DNA of 64,000 nt from an uncultured Flavobacteriaceae bacterium. Its GTDB lineage: Bacteria; Bacteroidota; Bacteroidia; Flavobacteriales; Flavobacteriaceae. The notes beneath the pieces were generated by a model. It saw only the letters and a program-made list of their open reading frames with translations. It did no database searches and had not been told where the DNA came from. The translations under genes were made by a program, and so were the position numbers. The stretch spans positions 236-64,235 of the forward strand of contig CAZOQL010000001.1 in NCBI GenBank assembly GCA_964582005.1, in the 5' to 3' direction. Within the stretch, counting starts at the first letter, position 1; every line of letters starts with the position of its first letter. Below, piece after piece: positions 1 to 8,472 of the stretch.

Positions 1-859
1 TATTTCCTGTAGTTGTGATAATAATATCCGCTGTAGCTATAACATTTTCTAATTTCTTCACTTCAAAACCATCCATTGCTGCTTGTAAAGCACAAATTGG
101 ATCGATTTCGGTTACCGTTACGATTGAACCTGTTCCTGCAAACGAAGCTGCTGTACCTTTACCAACATCACCATAACCACAAACAATAACACGTTTTCCT
201 GCTAACATAATATCGGTTGCTCTACGAATGGCATCTACTGCAGATTCACGACAACCATATTTGTTATCAAATTTCGATTTTGTAACCGAATCGTTTACGT
301 TAATAGCAGGCATTGGTAAAGTTCCATTAACTACTCTTTCGTATAAACGATGCACTCCTGTTGTTGTTTCTTCTGATAAACCTTTAATTCCAGCAGCCAA
401 TTCTGGATATCTATCCAAAACCATATTGGTTAAATCACCACCATCATCCAAAATTAAATTCAATGGTTTTTTATCTTCTCCAAAGAATAAGGTTTGTTCA
501 ATACACCAATCAAATTCTTCTTCATTCATACCTTTCCAAGCATATACCGAAATTCCTGCGGCAGCAATAGCAGCAGCAGCTTGATCTTGTGTTGAGAATA
601 TATTACAAGAACTCCAAGTAACCTCAGCACCTAAATCAATTAAAGTTTCTATTAAGACTGCCGTTTGGATAGTCATATGTAAACAGCCAGCAATACGCGC
701 ACCTTTTAATGGAAATTCGCCTTTATATTCTTCTCTAAGACTCATTAAACCTGGCATTTCTGCTTCGGCTAATTCGATTTCTTTTCTTCCCCAATCTGCT
801 AAACTGATGTCTTTTACTTTGAATTTTGTATATGTATATGTATCTGTATTTGTGCTCAT
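1..859 (-). CDS. ahcY: Adenosylhomocysteinase, N-terminal ~286 codons; the 3' end lies beyond the left window edge
   Basis: Absent from the ORF track because it has no stop in the window. My reverse-strand translation from ATG 859-857 reads [45 protein letters not shown]...DDGGDLTN...[10 protein letters not shown]...[10 protein letters not shown]. The + strand ORF 228-584 is its antisense shadow. Confidence 0.9.
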   Translation of the reverse strand, partial: MSTNTDTYTYTKFKVKDISLADWGRKEIELAEAEMPGLMSLREEYKGEFPLKGARIAGCLHMTIQTAVLIETLIDLGAEVTWSSCNIFSTQDQAAAAIAAAGISVYAWKGMNEEEFDWCIEQTLFFGEDKKPLNLILDDGGDLTNMVLDRYPELAAGIKGLSEETTTGVHRLYERVVNGTLPMPAINVNDSVTKSKFDNKYGCRESAVDAIRRATDIMLAGKRVIVCGYGDVGKGTAASFAGTGSIVTVTEIDPICALQAAMDGFEVKKLENVIATADIIITTTGN

Positions 860-890
860 ATTAGTTTTTTAAAACGTTGAATTTCTTTTG

Positions 891-898
891 TATATTTG
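891..898 (+). promoter_or_regulatory. Candidate Bacteroidota -7 promoter box for the PPTase gene
   Basis: TATATTTG matches TAnnTTTG, with 45 nt to ATG 944. Confidence 0.4.
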
Positions 899-914
899 TA
901 GTACTTTTAAAGTG

Positions 915-922
915 CAAAATTA
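915..922 (-). promoter_or_regulatory. Candidate -7 box for ahcY
   Basis: The reverse strand reads TAATTTTG, with 55 nt to ATG 859. Confidence 0.4.
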
Positions 923-943
923 CAAAATAAGTTTGAATAAAAG

Positions 944-1561
944 ATGCCATTATACAAAAGCCTAAAGCCCAATAAAAACACCACAATATTAGTATGGAAA
1001 ATTGAAGAGGATTTGTCTTTTTTAGAGGCTATTTTTTTACATGAAAATAGCAAGAATCGCATTGCAAAAATGAAATCGGTAATTCATAAAAAAGGTTTTT
1101 TAAGTGTGCGACATATGCTAAAAATACTAGGTTATACCGATGCTGATTTATTTTATACCGAGGATGGAAAACCGCATTTAAAAGATGGCAAACGAATTTC
1201 TATTACGCATTCCTTTGAGTTTGCAGCAATCATTATTAGTAACCAAGTTGTTGGTATAGATATTGAAAAAAATAGAGAGAAAATTATTAGAATAGCCGAT
1301 AAATTTATAGGTAATGAAACGGCATTTTTAACCGATGGAAATTTAGTAGAACAACTCACCGTAATTTGGGGAGCTAAAGAAAGTTTGTTTAAAATTCATC
1401 CAGATGGCGGCTTATTATTTAAACACCATTTACCTATTGAAAAATTCAAATTATCGGATAAAAAAACCAAAGGTTGGATTAAAAAGGACAATTTTTACGA
1501 AGTATTTACTATACATTTTGAACAATTTGATGGTTTTACCTTGGTTTATGCATTGAATTAA
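944..1561 (+). CDS. 4'-phosphopantetheinyl transferase superfamily protein (Sfp-type)
   Basis: 205 aa. Contains GKPHL, ISITHS and WGAKESLFK (W-x-x-KE-S-x-x-K), which are typical of the PPTase core. Confidence 0.7.
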   Translation: MPLYKSLKPNKNTTILVWKIEEDLSFLEAIFLHENSKNRIAKMKSVIHKKGFLSVRHMLKILGYTDADLFYTEDGKPHLKDGKRISITHSFEFAAIIISNQVVGIDIEKNREKIIRIADKFIGNETAFLTDGNLVEQLTVIWGAKESLFKIHPDGGLLFKHHLPIEKFKLSDKKTKGWIKKDNFYEVFTIHFEQFDGFTLVYALN

Positions 1562-1574
1562 TACCTATACTATA

Positions 1575-2078
1575 GTGGGAATTTCTTTACGAAAATTAAC
1601 CGTATCCGATGCCAATCGTTTTAGTGAATTGGCAAATAACAAACATATTTGGCAAACCATGCGAGATGCTTTTCCGCATCCATACACGCAAAATAATGCC
1701 ATTATTTTTATTAAAAACACATTAAAAAGTAACACTTCGTTTGTTTTTAGCATTATCTATAATAACGAATTAGTTGTTGCAATTGGCTTACATCGCCTGA
1801 GTGATTTAAATCGTTTCACAGTAGAATTAGGGTATTGGATTGGCGAACCATTTTGGAATAAAGGTATCGCATCCAAAGCAGTTGCATTAATTATTACATA
1901 TGGATTTGCTAATCTAGATATCAATCGCATTTTTGCAAGTACTATTGAAGGTAATTTGGCATCGACAAGAGTTTTAGAAAAAAATAATTTCAAATTGGAA
2001 GGTGTTAGTAAACAATCTGCTTTTAAAGACAACCAATTTTTAGACGAATATCGATTTGGACTTTTAAAAGATATGTAA
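1575..2078 (+). CDS. GNAT family N-acetyltransferase (RimJ/RimL-like)
   Basis: 167 aa. ELGYWIGEPFWNKGIASKAV matches the acetyl-CoA binding motif A region. Size and layout are GNAT-like. Confidence 0.7.
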   Translation: MGISLRKLTVSDANRFSELANNKHIWQTMRDAFPHPYTQNNAIIFIKNTLKSNTSFVFSIIYNNELVVAIGLHRLSDLNRFTVELGYWIGEPFWNKGIASKAVALIITYGFANLDINRIFASTIEGNLASTRVLEKNNFKLEGVSKQSAFKDNQFLDEYRFGLLKDM

Positions 2079-2106
2079 TGTTTGCAATTTATCTATATTT
2101 GCCTTG

Positions 2107-2832
2107 ATGAAAAAGAAAGCTATTTTAACTCAGCTAATTCAAGCAAAAAAAAGCAAGCAAAAATTGCTAGCAATATTATTAGATCCTGATAAGGTTGAAT
2201 TATCCGACATCCCAAAAACAATACAAAAAATAAATAATTCTAGTGCGAATCTAATTTTTATAGGTGGTAGTTTATTATTTAAAAATGTATTGGATGCATT
2301 TGTTAAAATAGCTAAAGAACATACTACTTTACCTATTGTTTTATTTCCAGGTTCGGCAATGCAAATTACCAATAATGCCGATGCTATTTTATTTTTACAG
2401 TTAATTTCGGGTAGAAATTCCGATTATTTAATAGGTAACCAAGTAATTGCTGCACCTTTATTAAAACAAACCAATTTAGAAGTTATTTCTACTGGTTACA
2501 TGCTCATTGAAAGCGGTAGAGAAACTACGGCTTCCTATATTAGTAATACCAAACCAATTCCTTCACACAAGCCAGAAATTGCCATGGCAACGGCAATGGC
2601 AGGCGAATATATTGGTAATAAAATCATTTATATGGATGGCGGAAGTGGCGCTTTAAACCCAATTCCTTTAAAAATGATAGAACAAGTAGCTAAAAATGTA
2701 ACTTTACCTATAATTATTGGTGGCGGTTTAAAAACAAGACAAGAAATTGATGCTGTTTTTAATGCTGGAGCAACTGTTGTTGTTGTGGGAACTGCTTTTG
2801 AAAAGGATACCGATTTATTAGAGAAGATTTAA
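2107..2832 (+). CDS. Geranylgeranylglyceryl / heptaprenylglyceryl phosphate synthase family protein (PcrB/GGGPS fold)
   Basis: Contains LIFIGGS, IIYMDGGSG and PIIIGGGL, the glycerol-phosphate-binding TIM-barrel motifs. ATG at 2107 follows the TTG at 2104 used by the ORF track. Confidence 0.7.
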   Translation: MKKKAILTQLIQAKKSKQKLLAILLDPDKVELSDIPKTIQKINNSSANLIFIGGSLLFKNVLDAFVKIAKEHTTLPIVLFPGSAMQITNNADAILFLQLISGRNSDYLIGNQVIAAPLLKQTNLEVISTGYMLIESGRETTASYISNTKPIPSHKPEIAMATAMAGEYIGNKIIYMDGGSGALNPIPLKMIEQVAKNVTLPIIIGGGLKTRQEIDAVFNAGATVVVVGTAFEKDTDLLEKI

Positions 2833-2837
2833 TAATT

Positions 2838-3551
2838 ATGAGCCAAGAAACTAGAACCAAGAAACTAGACCACGAAGTTTATATTTTAAACTTAGAAACT
2901 GCTACTAAAAATTGCTCGGTTAGTATTTCAAAAAATGGCGAATTGGTTGCTTTAAAAGAAATCTGTGAAGCCAATTTTTCGCACGCCGAAAAATTACATC
3001 AATTTATAAAAGACACGCTACAAGAAAGTCTACTTACTTTTGAAGATTTGTCTGCCGTTGCTGTTAGCAAAGGTCCTGGCTCCTATACTGGATTACGCAT
3101 TGGCGTATCGGCAGCTAAAGGCTTGTGTTTTGCTTTAGATATTCCATTAATTTCAATTTTTACTTTAGAATCGCTTTCCAATGCAATTACTATTGAAAGT
3201 GGTGTTATTATTCCGCTATTAGATGCTCGAAGAATGGAAGTTTTTACTGCAATCTTTGATGCGAACTATAATACAGTAAAAGAAACTTACAATCATATAT
3301 TGGATGAAAATTCGTTTTCGGAATATCTCCAAAAAGGAAAAGTTACTTTTTTAGGTGATGGAACTCCTAAAACCAAAGAAATAATTTCGCATAATAATGC
3401 TATTTTTTTAGAAAATTACTTTCCTTCTGCTAAAGAAATGGTAGTACTATCCTATAAAAAATACCAAAATAGTAGTTTTGAAGATGTTGCTTATTTTGAA
3501 CCTTTTTACTTAAAAGATTTTCATATGACGGTTGCTAAGAAAAAGGCGTAA
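2838..3551 (+). CDS. tsaB: tRNA threonylcarbamoyladenosine biosynthesis protein TsaB
   Basis: Contains ILNLETATKNCSVSI and VSKGPGSYTGLRIGVSAAKGL, the hallmark motifs. The first 11 codons are encoded by a 14-nt tandem repeat (see findings), so the true start is somewhat uncertain. Confidence 0.85.
   Translation: MSQETRTKKLDHEVYILNLETATKNCSVSISKNGELVALKEICEANFSHAEKLHQFIKDTLQESLLTFEDLSAVAVSKGPGSYTGLRIGVSAAKGLCFALDIPLISIFTLESLSNAITIESGVIIPLLDARRMEVFTAIFDANYNTVKETYNHILDENSFSEYLQKGKVTFLGDGTPKTKEIISHNNAIFLENYFPSAKEMVVLSYKKYQNSSFEDVAYFEPFYLKDFHMTVAKKKA
2843..2870 (+). repeat. Tandem 14-nt repeat CCAAGAAACTAGA(A/C) x2
   Basis: 2843-2856 and 2857-2870 are 13/14 identical. The unit length is not a multiple of 3. 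The repeat lies in codons 2-11 of the annotated tsaB ORF. Confidence 0.8.
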
Positions 3552-3619
3552 ACTACAAGTATCTAATTTATTTTATAAGCTTACTTTTTAGAATAAAATA
3601 GTGTTTTTTTTATTTTTTC

Positions 3620-3685
3620 AACTAAAAATTTAGTTTAAACTAAATATTTAGTTTATGTTTGCCGTATAAAACTAAAAACTTAGTT
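3620..3685. promoter_or_regulatory. Three inverted-repeat operator candidates (AACTAA-N4-TTAGTT) upstream of the blaI-like gene
   Basis: Site 1, 3620-3635: AACTAAAAATTTAGTT. Site 2, 3638-3653: AACTAAATATTTAGTT. Site 3, 3670-3685: AACTAAAAACTTAGTT. All three have perfect 6-bp arms. Confidence 0.6.
3654..3661 (+). promoter_or_regulatory. Candidate -7 box for the blaI-blaR-TPR operon
   Basis: TATGTTTG matches TAnnTTTG, with 29 nt to ATG 3691. It is flanked by operator sites 2 and 3. Confidence 0.5.
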
Positions 3686-3690
3686 GAATT

Positions 3691-4074
3691 ATGAGCAAAC
3701 AATTGACCAAAGCAGAAGAACAAATAATGCAAGTTTTATGGCGTTTAGAACTTTGTAATGTGAAAGATATTATTGTGGAGTTACCTAAACCCAAACCAGC
3801 ATACAACACGGTTTCAACTATTGTTAGAATTTTAGAAACTAAACAATTTGTAGCTCATGAGCAACATGGTAAAGGATATAAATATTATCCTATTATAAAG
3901 AAAGAATCGTATAGCAACCAAAGTATTCATAAATTAATGAATGGCTATTTTAATGGTTCTTTTAAAAGTATGGTTTCCTTTTTTGTCGAAAAAAATGATA
4001 TGGATTTAAATGATTTAGAAACTATTCTACAAGAAATTGAAAAAGAAAAAAGACTAAAGACTAAAGACTACTAA
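3691..4074 (+). CDS. BlaI/MecI/CopY family transcriptional repressor
   Basis: 127 aa. LTKAEEQIMQVLW...YNTVSTIVRILETKQFV is the winged-helix of this family. It lies directly upstream of an M56 BlaR-like gene. Confidence 0.8.
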   Translation: MSKQLTKAEEQIMQVLWRLELCNVKDIIVELPKPKPAYNTVSTIVRILETKQFVAHEQHGKGYKYYPIIKKESYSNQSIHKLMNGYFNGSFKSMVSFFVEKNDMDLNDLETILQEIEKEKRLKTKDY

Positions 4075-4086
4075 AGACTAAAAACT
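4051..4086 (+). repeat. AGACTAA heptad array across the blaI stop and blaR start
   Basis: AGACTAA AGACTAA AGACTACTAA AGACTAAAAACT, then ATG. AGAC occurs at 4051, 4058, 4065 and 4075. The array encodes the ...KTKDY* tail of BlaI. Confidence 0.8.
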
Positions 4087-5679
4087 ATGATACATTATAT
4101 TTTACAAGTTGCCTTATTTCAGGTGTTATTTTTAGCTATTTACGATCTATTTTTAAAGAAAGAAACCTTCTTTGTATGGAATAGAATTTATTTAATTAGC
4201 AGTTCTGTATTAGCATATATTATTCCATTTATTAAAATAGCATCTATTACTACGTATGCCAATGCAAACATAACACCTAATATTTCAAAGCTATTATTAG
4301 CACCTCAAAATATTTTGTTAGATACAGTTGTGATTGGTAAAGAGCCAATTGCAAAAATAAATTACCTGAGTTTAGAAACTATTTATGGTATTGGGTTTAT
4401 CATAGCAATTTGTCTTTTTTTATACAAACTAAAACAATTAGTTGATACGATAAATCAACATAAAGTAATTGTCAATAAGCAATATAAATTAGTTGTGCTA
4501 CCAAAACAAAATAAAGCTTTTTCGTTTTTTAATTTTCTTTTTATGGGAAAATCTCTCCTACAAAAAGAACACCAACATATTATAGAGCACGAATTAGTAC
4601 ATATAAAACAGCATCATAGTTTGGATTTATTGTTCTTTGAGATTCAAAAAGTTCTTTTTTGGTTTAATCCGTTAACCTATCTATATCAACATAAAATTAG
4701 TGCATTACACGAGTTTATTGCCGATGCTAAAACCATAGAACAAGAAAATAAAATTTCCTTTTTCAATACCTTATTAGCTCAAAATTTTCAAGTTGAGAAT
4801 TTCTCATTTATTAATAACTATTATAAAAAATCATTACTAAAAAAACGCATAATTATGGCTTCTAAAAACAAATCCGCAGCAATTTTAAAATTAAAATATG
4901 TACTAATCTTACCTTTATTATTAAGTATGCTTATCTATACTTCTTGTGAAAAAGAAACTTCAACGGAAGTAACCCAATTAATTGAATATAAAAATTTGGA
5001 TAACAAACCTACTTTAGTGGATTCCAAAAAAGAAAGCGTTAAAGATAAAGAAAGAGAGTTTATGAGCGCCATTTTTAAAGTTTCTTTTGAAAATTTAATT
5101 AATGCAACCGAAAATGGCTACTATCCAATCCATTTTACAATTAATACTAATGGGGCAATTGAACATGTAGATTATACAGAAGTTCCTAAACAATATCTTA
5201 CCAATGCACAAAAAATAATAGAGCAACTTCCTGAAATGAATCCAGGAAAAATGAAGACAAAATCAGTCGCAACAAAAATGACTATTTTACTAACCACTCG
5301 AAGTAATGAAGTTGTGGAAACAGAAATCCTTCCCTTTGCCATTATAGATGAAGTTCCTGTCTATAAAGGTTGTGAAAATTCCAAAGAAAAAAAGAAATGT
5401 ATGGCAACAGCTATTTCTCAATTAGTTGCTAAGGAGTTTAATACGGATTTAGCAAATGATTTAAATCTATCAAGTGGTAGCAAGCGTATTTCTATTCAAT
5501 TTGAAATTGATAAAAAAGGAACTGTTACCAATGTAAAAGCTCGTGCGCCGCATCCAAAATTAAAAGAAGAAGCAATACGAATAATAAATTTAATTCCAAA
5601 AATGAAAGCTGGTAAACAAGCTGGAAAAGCTGTTAGTGTTCGTTATAATTTACCTATTCGTTTTAATGTTACTGATTAA
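4087..5679 (+). CDS. BlaR1-like M56 family membrane metallopeptidase fused to TonB C-terminal-like domain(s)
   Basis: N-terminal TM helices. HELVHIKQHH is an HExxH motif. The C-terminal segment EVPVYKGC...C...RISIQFEIDKKGTVTNVKARAPHPKLKEEAIRIINLIPKMKAGKQAGKAVSVRYNLPIRF matches the Bacteroidota TonB-C pattern. Confidence 0.75.
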   Translation: MIHYILQVALFQVLFLAIYDLFLKKETFFVWNRIYLISSSVLAYIIPFIKIASITTYANANITPNISKLLLAPQNILLDTVVIGKEPIAKINYLSLETIYGIGFIIAICLFLYKLKQLVDTINQHKVIVNKQYKLVVLPKQNKAFSFFNFLFMGKSLLQKEHQHIIEHELVHIKQHHSLDLLFFEIQKVLFWFNPLTYLYQHKISALHEFIADAKTIEQENKISFFNTLLAQNFQVENFSFINNYYKKSLLKKRIIMASKNKSAAILKLKYVLILPLLLSMLIYTSCEKETSTEVTQLIEYKNLDNKPTLVDSKKESVKDKEREFMSAIFKVSFENLINATENGYYPIHFTINTNGAIEHVDYTEVPKQYLTNAQKIIEQLPEMNPGKMKTKSVATKMTILLTTRSNEVVETEILPFAIIDEVPVYKGCENSKEKKKCMATAISQLVAKEFNTDLANDLNLSSGSKRISIQFEIDKKGTVTNVKARAPHPKLKEEAIRIINLIPKMKAGKQAGKAVSVRYNLPIRFNVTD

Positions 5680-6905
5680 TGAAAATTATTTTTATTTTTA
5701 TACTTTGTATAAATAATATTGTTTACGCACAAACAAATTATTTTCAAAAAGTAGATAGTTTACTTACTTTGGGCAATTACAATGCGGCTTTAAAAATAGT
5801 AGAAAAAGATACGAATTCGTTTAAAAATTTATTAAAAATTGGTGCTATTTATCAAAAAATTGGGCATTACTCCAATGCTATCATAGCGTATGAAAAAGCA
5901 TTGAAAATTAATACATCTGCTTATATAAAAGAAAGCTTAGGTAAATGTTACCAACAAAATGGCAAAATAGATAAAGCAATAGTACTTTTTAAAGAAGCCC
6001 TAGAAAAAAACAAATCTAATTTATTATTACAATACCATCTAGAGAAGTTATACCGAAGTAAAAAAGACTATAAAAATGCCAAAAAGTTATTTGTACATTT
6101 AATTGAAAAAGATGCTGCTAATCCTAATTACCTGTATTACTTAGGCAGTGTTTTCTCTAGTTTAAAAAATAAAGATTCCGCAAAATATCACTATCTAAAA
6201 GGCTATAACTTAGACACTGTATATTTTAAAAACATCTATGCGTTGGTGAAACTATATCGTATTTATGATAAAGATTCTTCGTACTTATTTTTAAAAAAAG
6301 GTTTAATTATTAGTCCACAAAGTAATTCTTTAAACCAGTTAGGTGCGAAATTTTCTTTTAAAGACAAAAAATATGAAGATGCTATTGCATTTATTAAAAA
6401 GTTAAAAAATCCAAAAGGAGAATACCTACAATTATTAGGTATTGCTTATTATTATAATGAACAACACACTTTAGCAAAAGAAACCTTTAAAAATTTACCA
6501 AGAAAGATTCGTATGGAAAGTAAAACTTTCTATTATTTATCTTTAACCTACAAAGCTGTTGCTAATTATAAAGAAGCGGAATTTAATATGTTTATGGCAA
6601 TTTCTGCAGAGATACCTCAATTAACTAGTTATTATTACCAATTAGGTTTAATTCAGCAAAAAGCAAAAAACTACAAAAGAGCTATTAAAAGTTTTGGAAA
6701 ATCTGTAAAAGAAGACCAATACAATAACGATGCGCAATATCAATTAGCTATAACTTGTGATTCTTTTTATAAGGATAAAAAAATTGCACTAGCACATTAT
6801 AAAACCTATTTAGACAAGTTTGACTATAAAGATAAACAAACTGCCATCTTTGTTAAACAACGTGTTGACAAACTTACCAAAAAATTATTTTTAGAAGGAA
6901 ATTAA
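5679..6905 (+). CDS. Secreted tetratricopeptide (TPR) repeat protein
   Basis: Signal peptide MKIIFIFILCINNIVYAQ. Repeated A-x-x-x-Y-x-K-A-L 34-aa periodic motifs. The start overlaps the blaR-like stop (TAATG). Confidence 0.6.
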   Translation: MKIIFIFILCINNIVYAQTNYFQKVDSLLTLGNYNAALKIVEKDTNSFKNLLKIGAIYQKIGHYSNAIIAYEKALKINTSAYIKESLGKCYQQNGKIDKAIVLFKEALEKNKSNLLLQYHLEKLYRSKKDYKNAKKLFVHLIEKDAANPNYLYYLGSVFSSLKNKDSAKYHYLKGYNLDTVYFKNIYALVKLYRIYDKDSSYLFLKKGLIISPQSNSLNQLGAKFSFKDKKYEDAIAFIKKLKNPKGEYLQLLGIAYYYNEQHTLAKETFKNLPRKIRMESKTFYYLSLTYKAVANYKEAEFNMFMAISAEIPQLTSYYYQLGLIQQKAKNYKRAIKSFGKSVKEDQYNNDAQYQLAITCDSFYKDKKIALAHYKTYLDKFDYKDKQTAIFVKQRVDKLTKKLFLEGN

Positions 6906-8428
6906 AGCAATTCTAATTGATTAACTATTTTACGGTTATCCGCTAAACGTGGTATTTTATTTTGACCGCCTAATTTACCGATAGATTTCATGTAATTGTG
7001 AAATCCATTGGATGTAACTTTAGATATTACCAAGGTTTTTAATATTTTTCCATCAATTAAGTCTTTATAATACGAATTTTGATTTACCATTTCGGCATCA
7101 ATTTTTTGGATAAAATCTTTCATGTTTTCTGGTTCGTTTTCAAATTCAATAAACCATTCATGATATGGCAAACCATCTTTGGGGTTTGTTTGTGGTGCAA
7201 CGGTAAATTCATTAATTCGCACATCGGTATTTTCAACTGCTTTTTGCAAAGCACTTTCTACCTCTTTAGCAATAACGTGTTCTCCAAAAGCGGATATAAA
7301 ATGTTTAATTCTTCCCGAAACAATAATTCGATAAGGTTTTAAAGACGTAAATTGTACTGTATCGCCAATATTATATGCCCAAAGACCTGCATTGGTAGAA
7401 ATAATCAACACATAATTGACTCCCAACTTTACATCTTTTAAGGAAATTCTGGTTGGGTTTTCGTTAAAAAATTCATCCGAAGGAATAAATTCATAAAAAA
7501 TACCACCATTCAAAAGCAGTAACATGCCTGTTTCATTTGGCACATCCTGAAAAGCAAAAAAGCCTTCACTAGCAGGAAATAATTCAATACTATCCACTTT
7601 TCTACCAATGAGGTTTTCCATTTTTTGGCGATATGGTTCGTAATTAACACCGCCATAAACAAAAAGGTTAAAATTAGGGAATAATTCACCTGCTTTTTTA
7701 CCTGTTTTTTCAATCAATTTTTCAAAATACATTTGTACCCAAGAAGGTATGCCGCTAATAAGACGCATATCATGATTGGCAGTTTCGTTAACAATCGCAT
7801 TTACTTTGGTTTCCCAATCTTCTATGCAATTGGTTTTCCAACTTGGTAATCTGTTTTTTTGTAAATACTTTGGTACATAATGTGCTACAATACCGCTCAA
7901 TCTACCTGTTTTAATATTTTTATAGGTGTCAATTATTGGAGAACCTTGTAAAAATATCATTTTACCATCTACAAAATTTGCATTGCCTGTTTTATGTATA
8001 TATAATAATAAAGCTCCTCTTGCGCCATCTAAATGATGAGGCATAGATTGTGTGGTTATTGGTATGTATTTTGCACCTGAAGTTGTACCAGAAGTCTTCG
8101 CAAAAAAGATTGGTTTTCCTTTCCATAAAACATCTTTTTTACCATCTAAAATTTGTTCTATATAAGGTTTTAAAGACTCATACTCTCTAATTGGTACGTT
8201 GTTTTTATAATCGTCATAATTTAAAATATCTTTAAAATTATGCTCTTTACCAAAGGTAGTATTTTGAGCTGCTTTAATTAAATTTTTAAAAACTTTCTCT
8301 TGAGTCTCTAAAGGGTTACTACTCCATTTTTCAATTTTTATAGCTGTTTTCTTAGCATATAACTTTGCTAAATACGATTTTATCACAATATTTTTTTTAA
8401 TTAAAAAACTAGTATTTATAATAGGCAA
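6902..8428 (-). CDS. GH3 (auxin-responsive promoter) family acyl-adenylate-forming enzyme
   Basis: 508 aa. AKTSGTTSGAKYIP is a P-loop-like adenylation motif. Overall length and pattern match bacterial GH3 proteins. Confidence 0.7.
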   Translation of the reverse strand: MPIINTSFLIKKNIVIKSYLAKLYAKKTAIKIEKWSSNPLETQEKVFKNLIKAAQNTTFGKEHNFKDILNYDDYKNNVPIREYESLKPYIEQILDGKKDVLWKGKPIFFAKTSGTTSGAKYIPITTQSMPHHLDGARGALLLYIHKTGNANFVDGKMIFLQGSPIIDTYKNIKTGRLSGIVAHYVPKYLQKNRLPSWKTNCIEDWETKVNAIVNETANHDMRLISGIPSWVQMYFEKLIEKTGKKAGELFPNFNLFVYGGVNYEPYRQKMENLIGRKVDSIELFPASEGFFAFQDVPNETGMLLLLNGGIFYEFIPSDEFFNENPTRISLKDVKLGVNYVLIISTNAGLWAYNIGDTVQFTSLKPYRIIVSGRIKHFISAFGEHVIAKEVESALQKAVENTDVRINEFTVAPQTNPKDGLPYHEWFIEFENEPENMKDFIQKIDAEMVNQNSYYKDLIDGKILKTLVISKVTSNGFHNYMKSIGKLGGQNKIPRLADNRKIVNQLELL

Positions 8429-8472
8429 AGTTCGGTAAAAGAAAAAAAAGAAAAAACTAAATTAACAATTAT

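Noticed and set aside
228-584. 118-aa + strand ORF at the left edge
   Set aside because: It lies entirely antisense to a clear ahcY reading frame. The product is low-complexity (ends AAAIAAAA) with no motif. It is a shadow ORF.
861-943. Possible SAH/SAM riboswitch in the ahcY leader
   Set aside because: The predicted leader is only about 50 nt, and I could find no conserved helices. The divergent promoter boxes explain the region.
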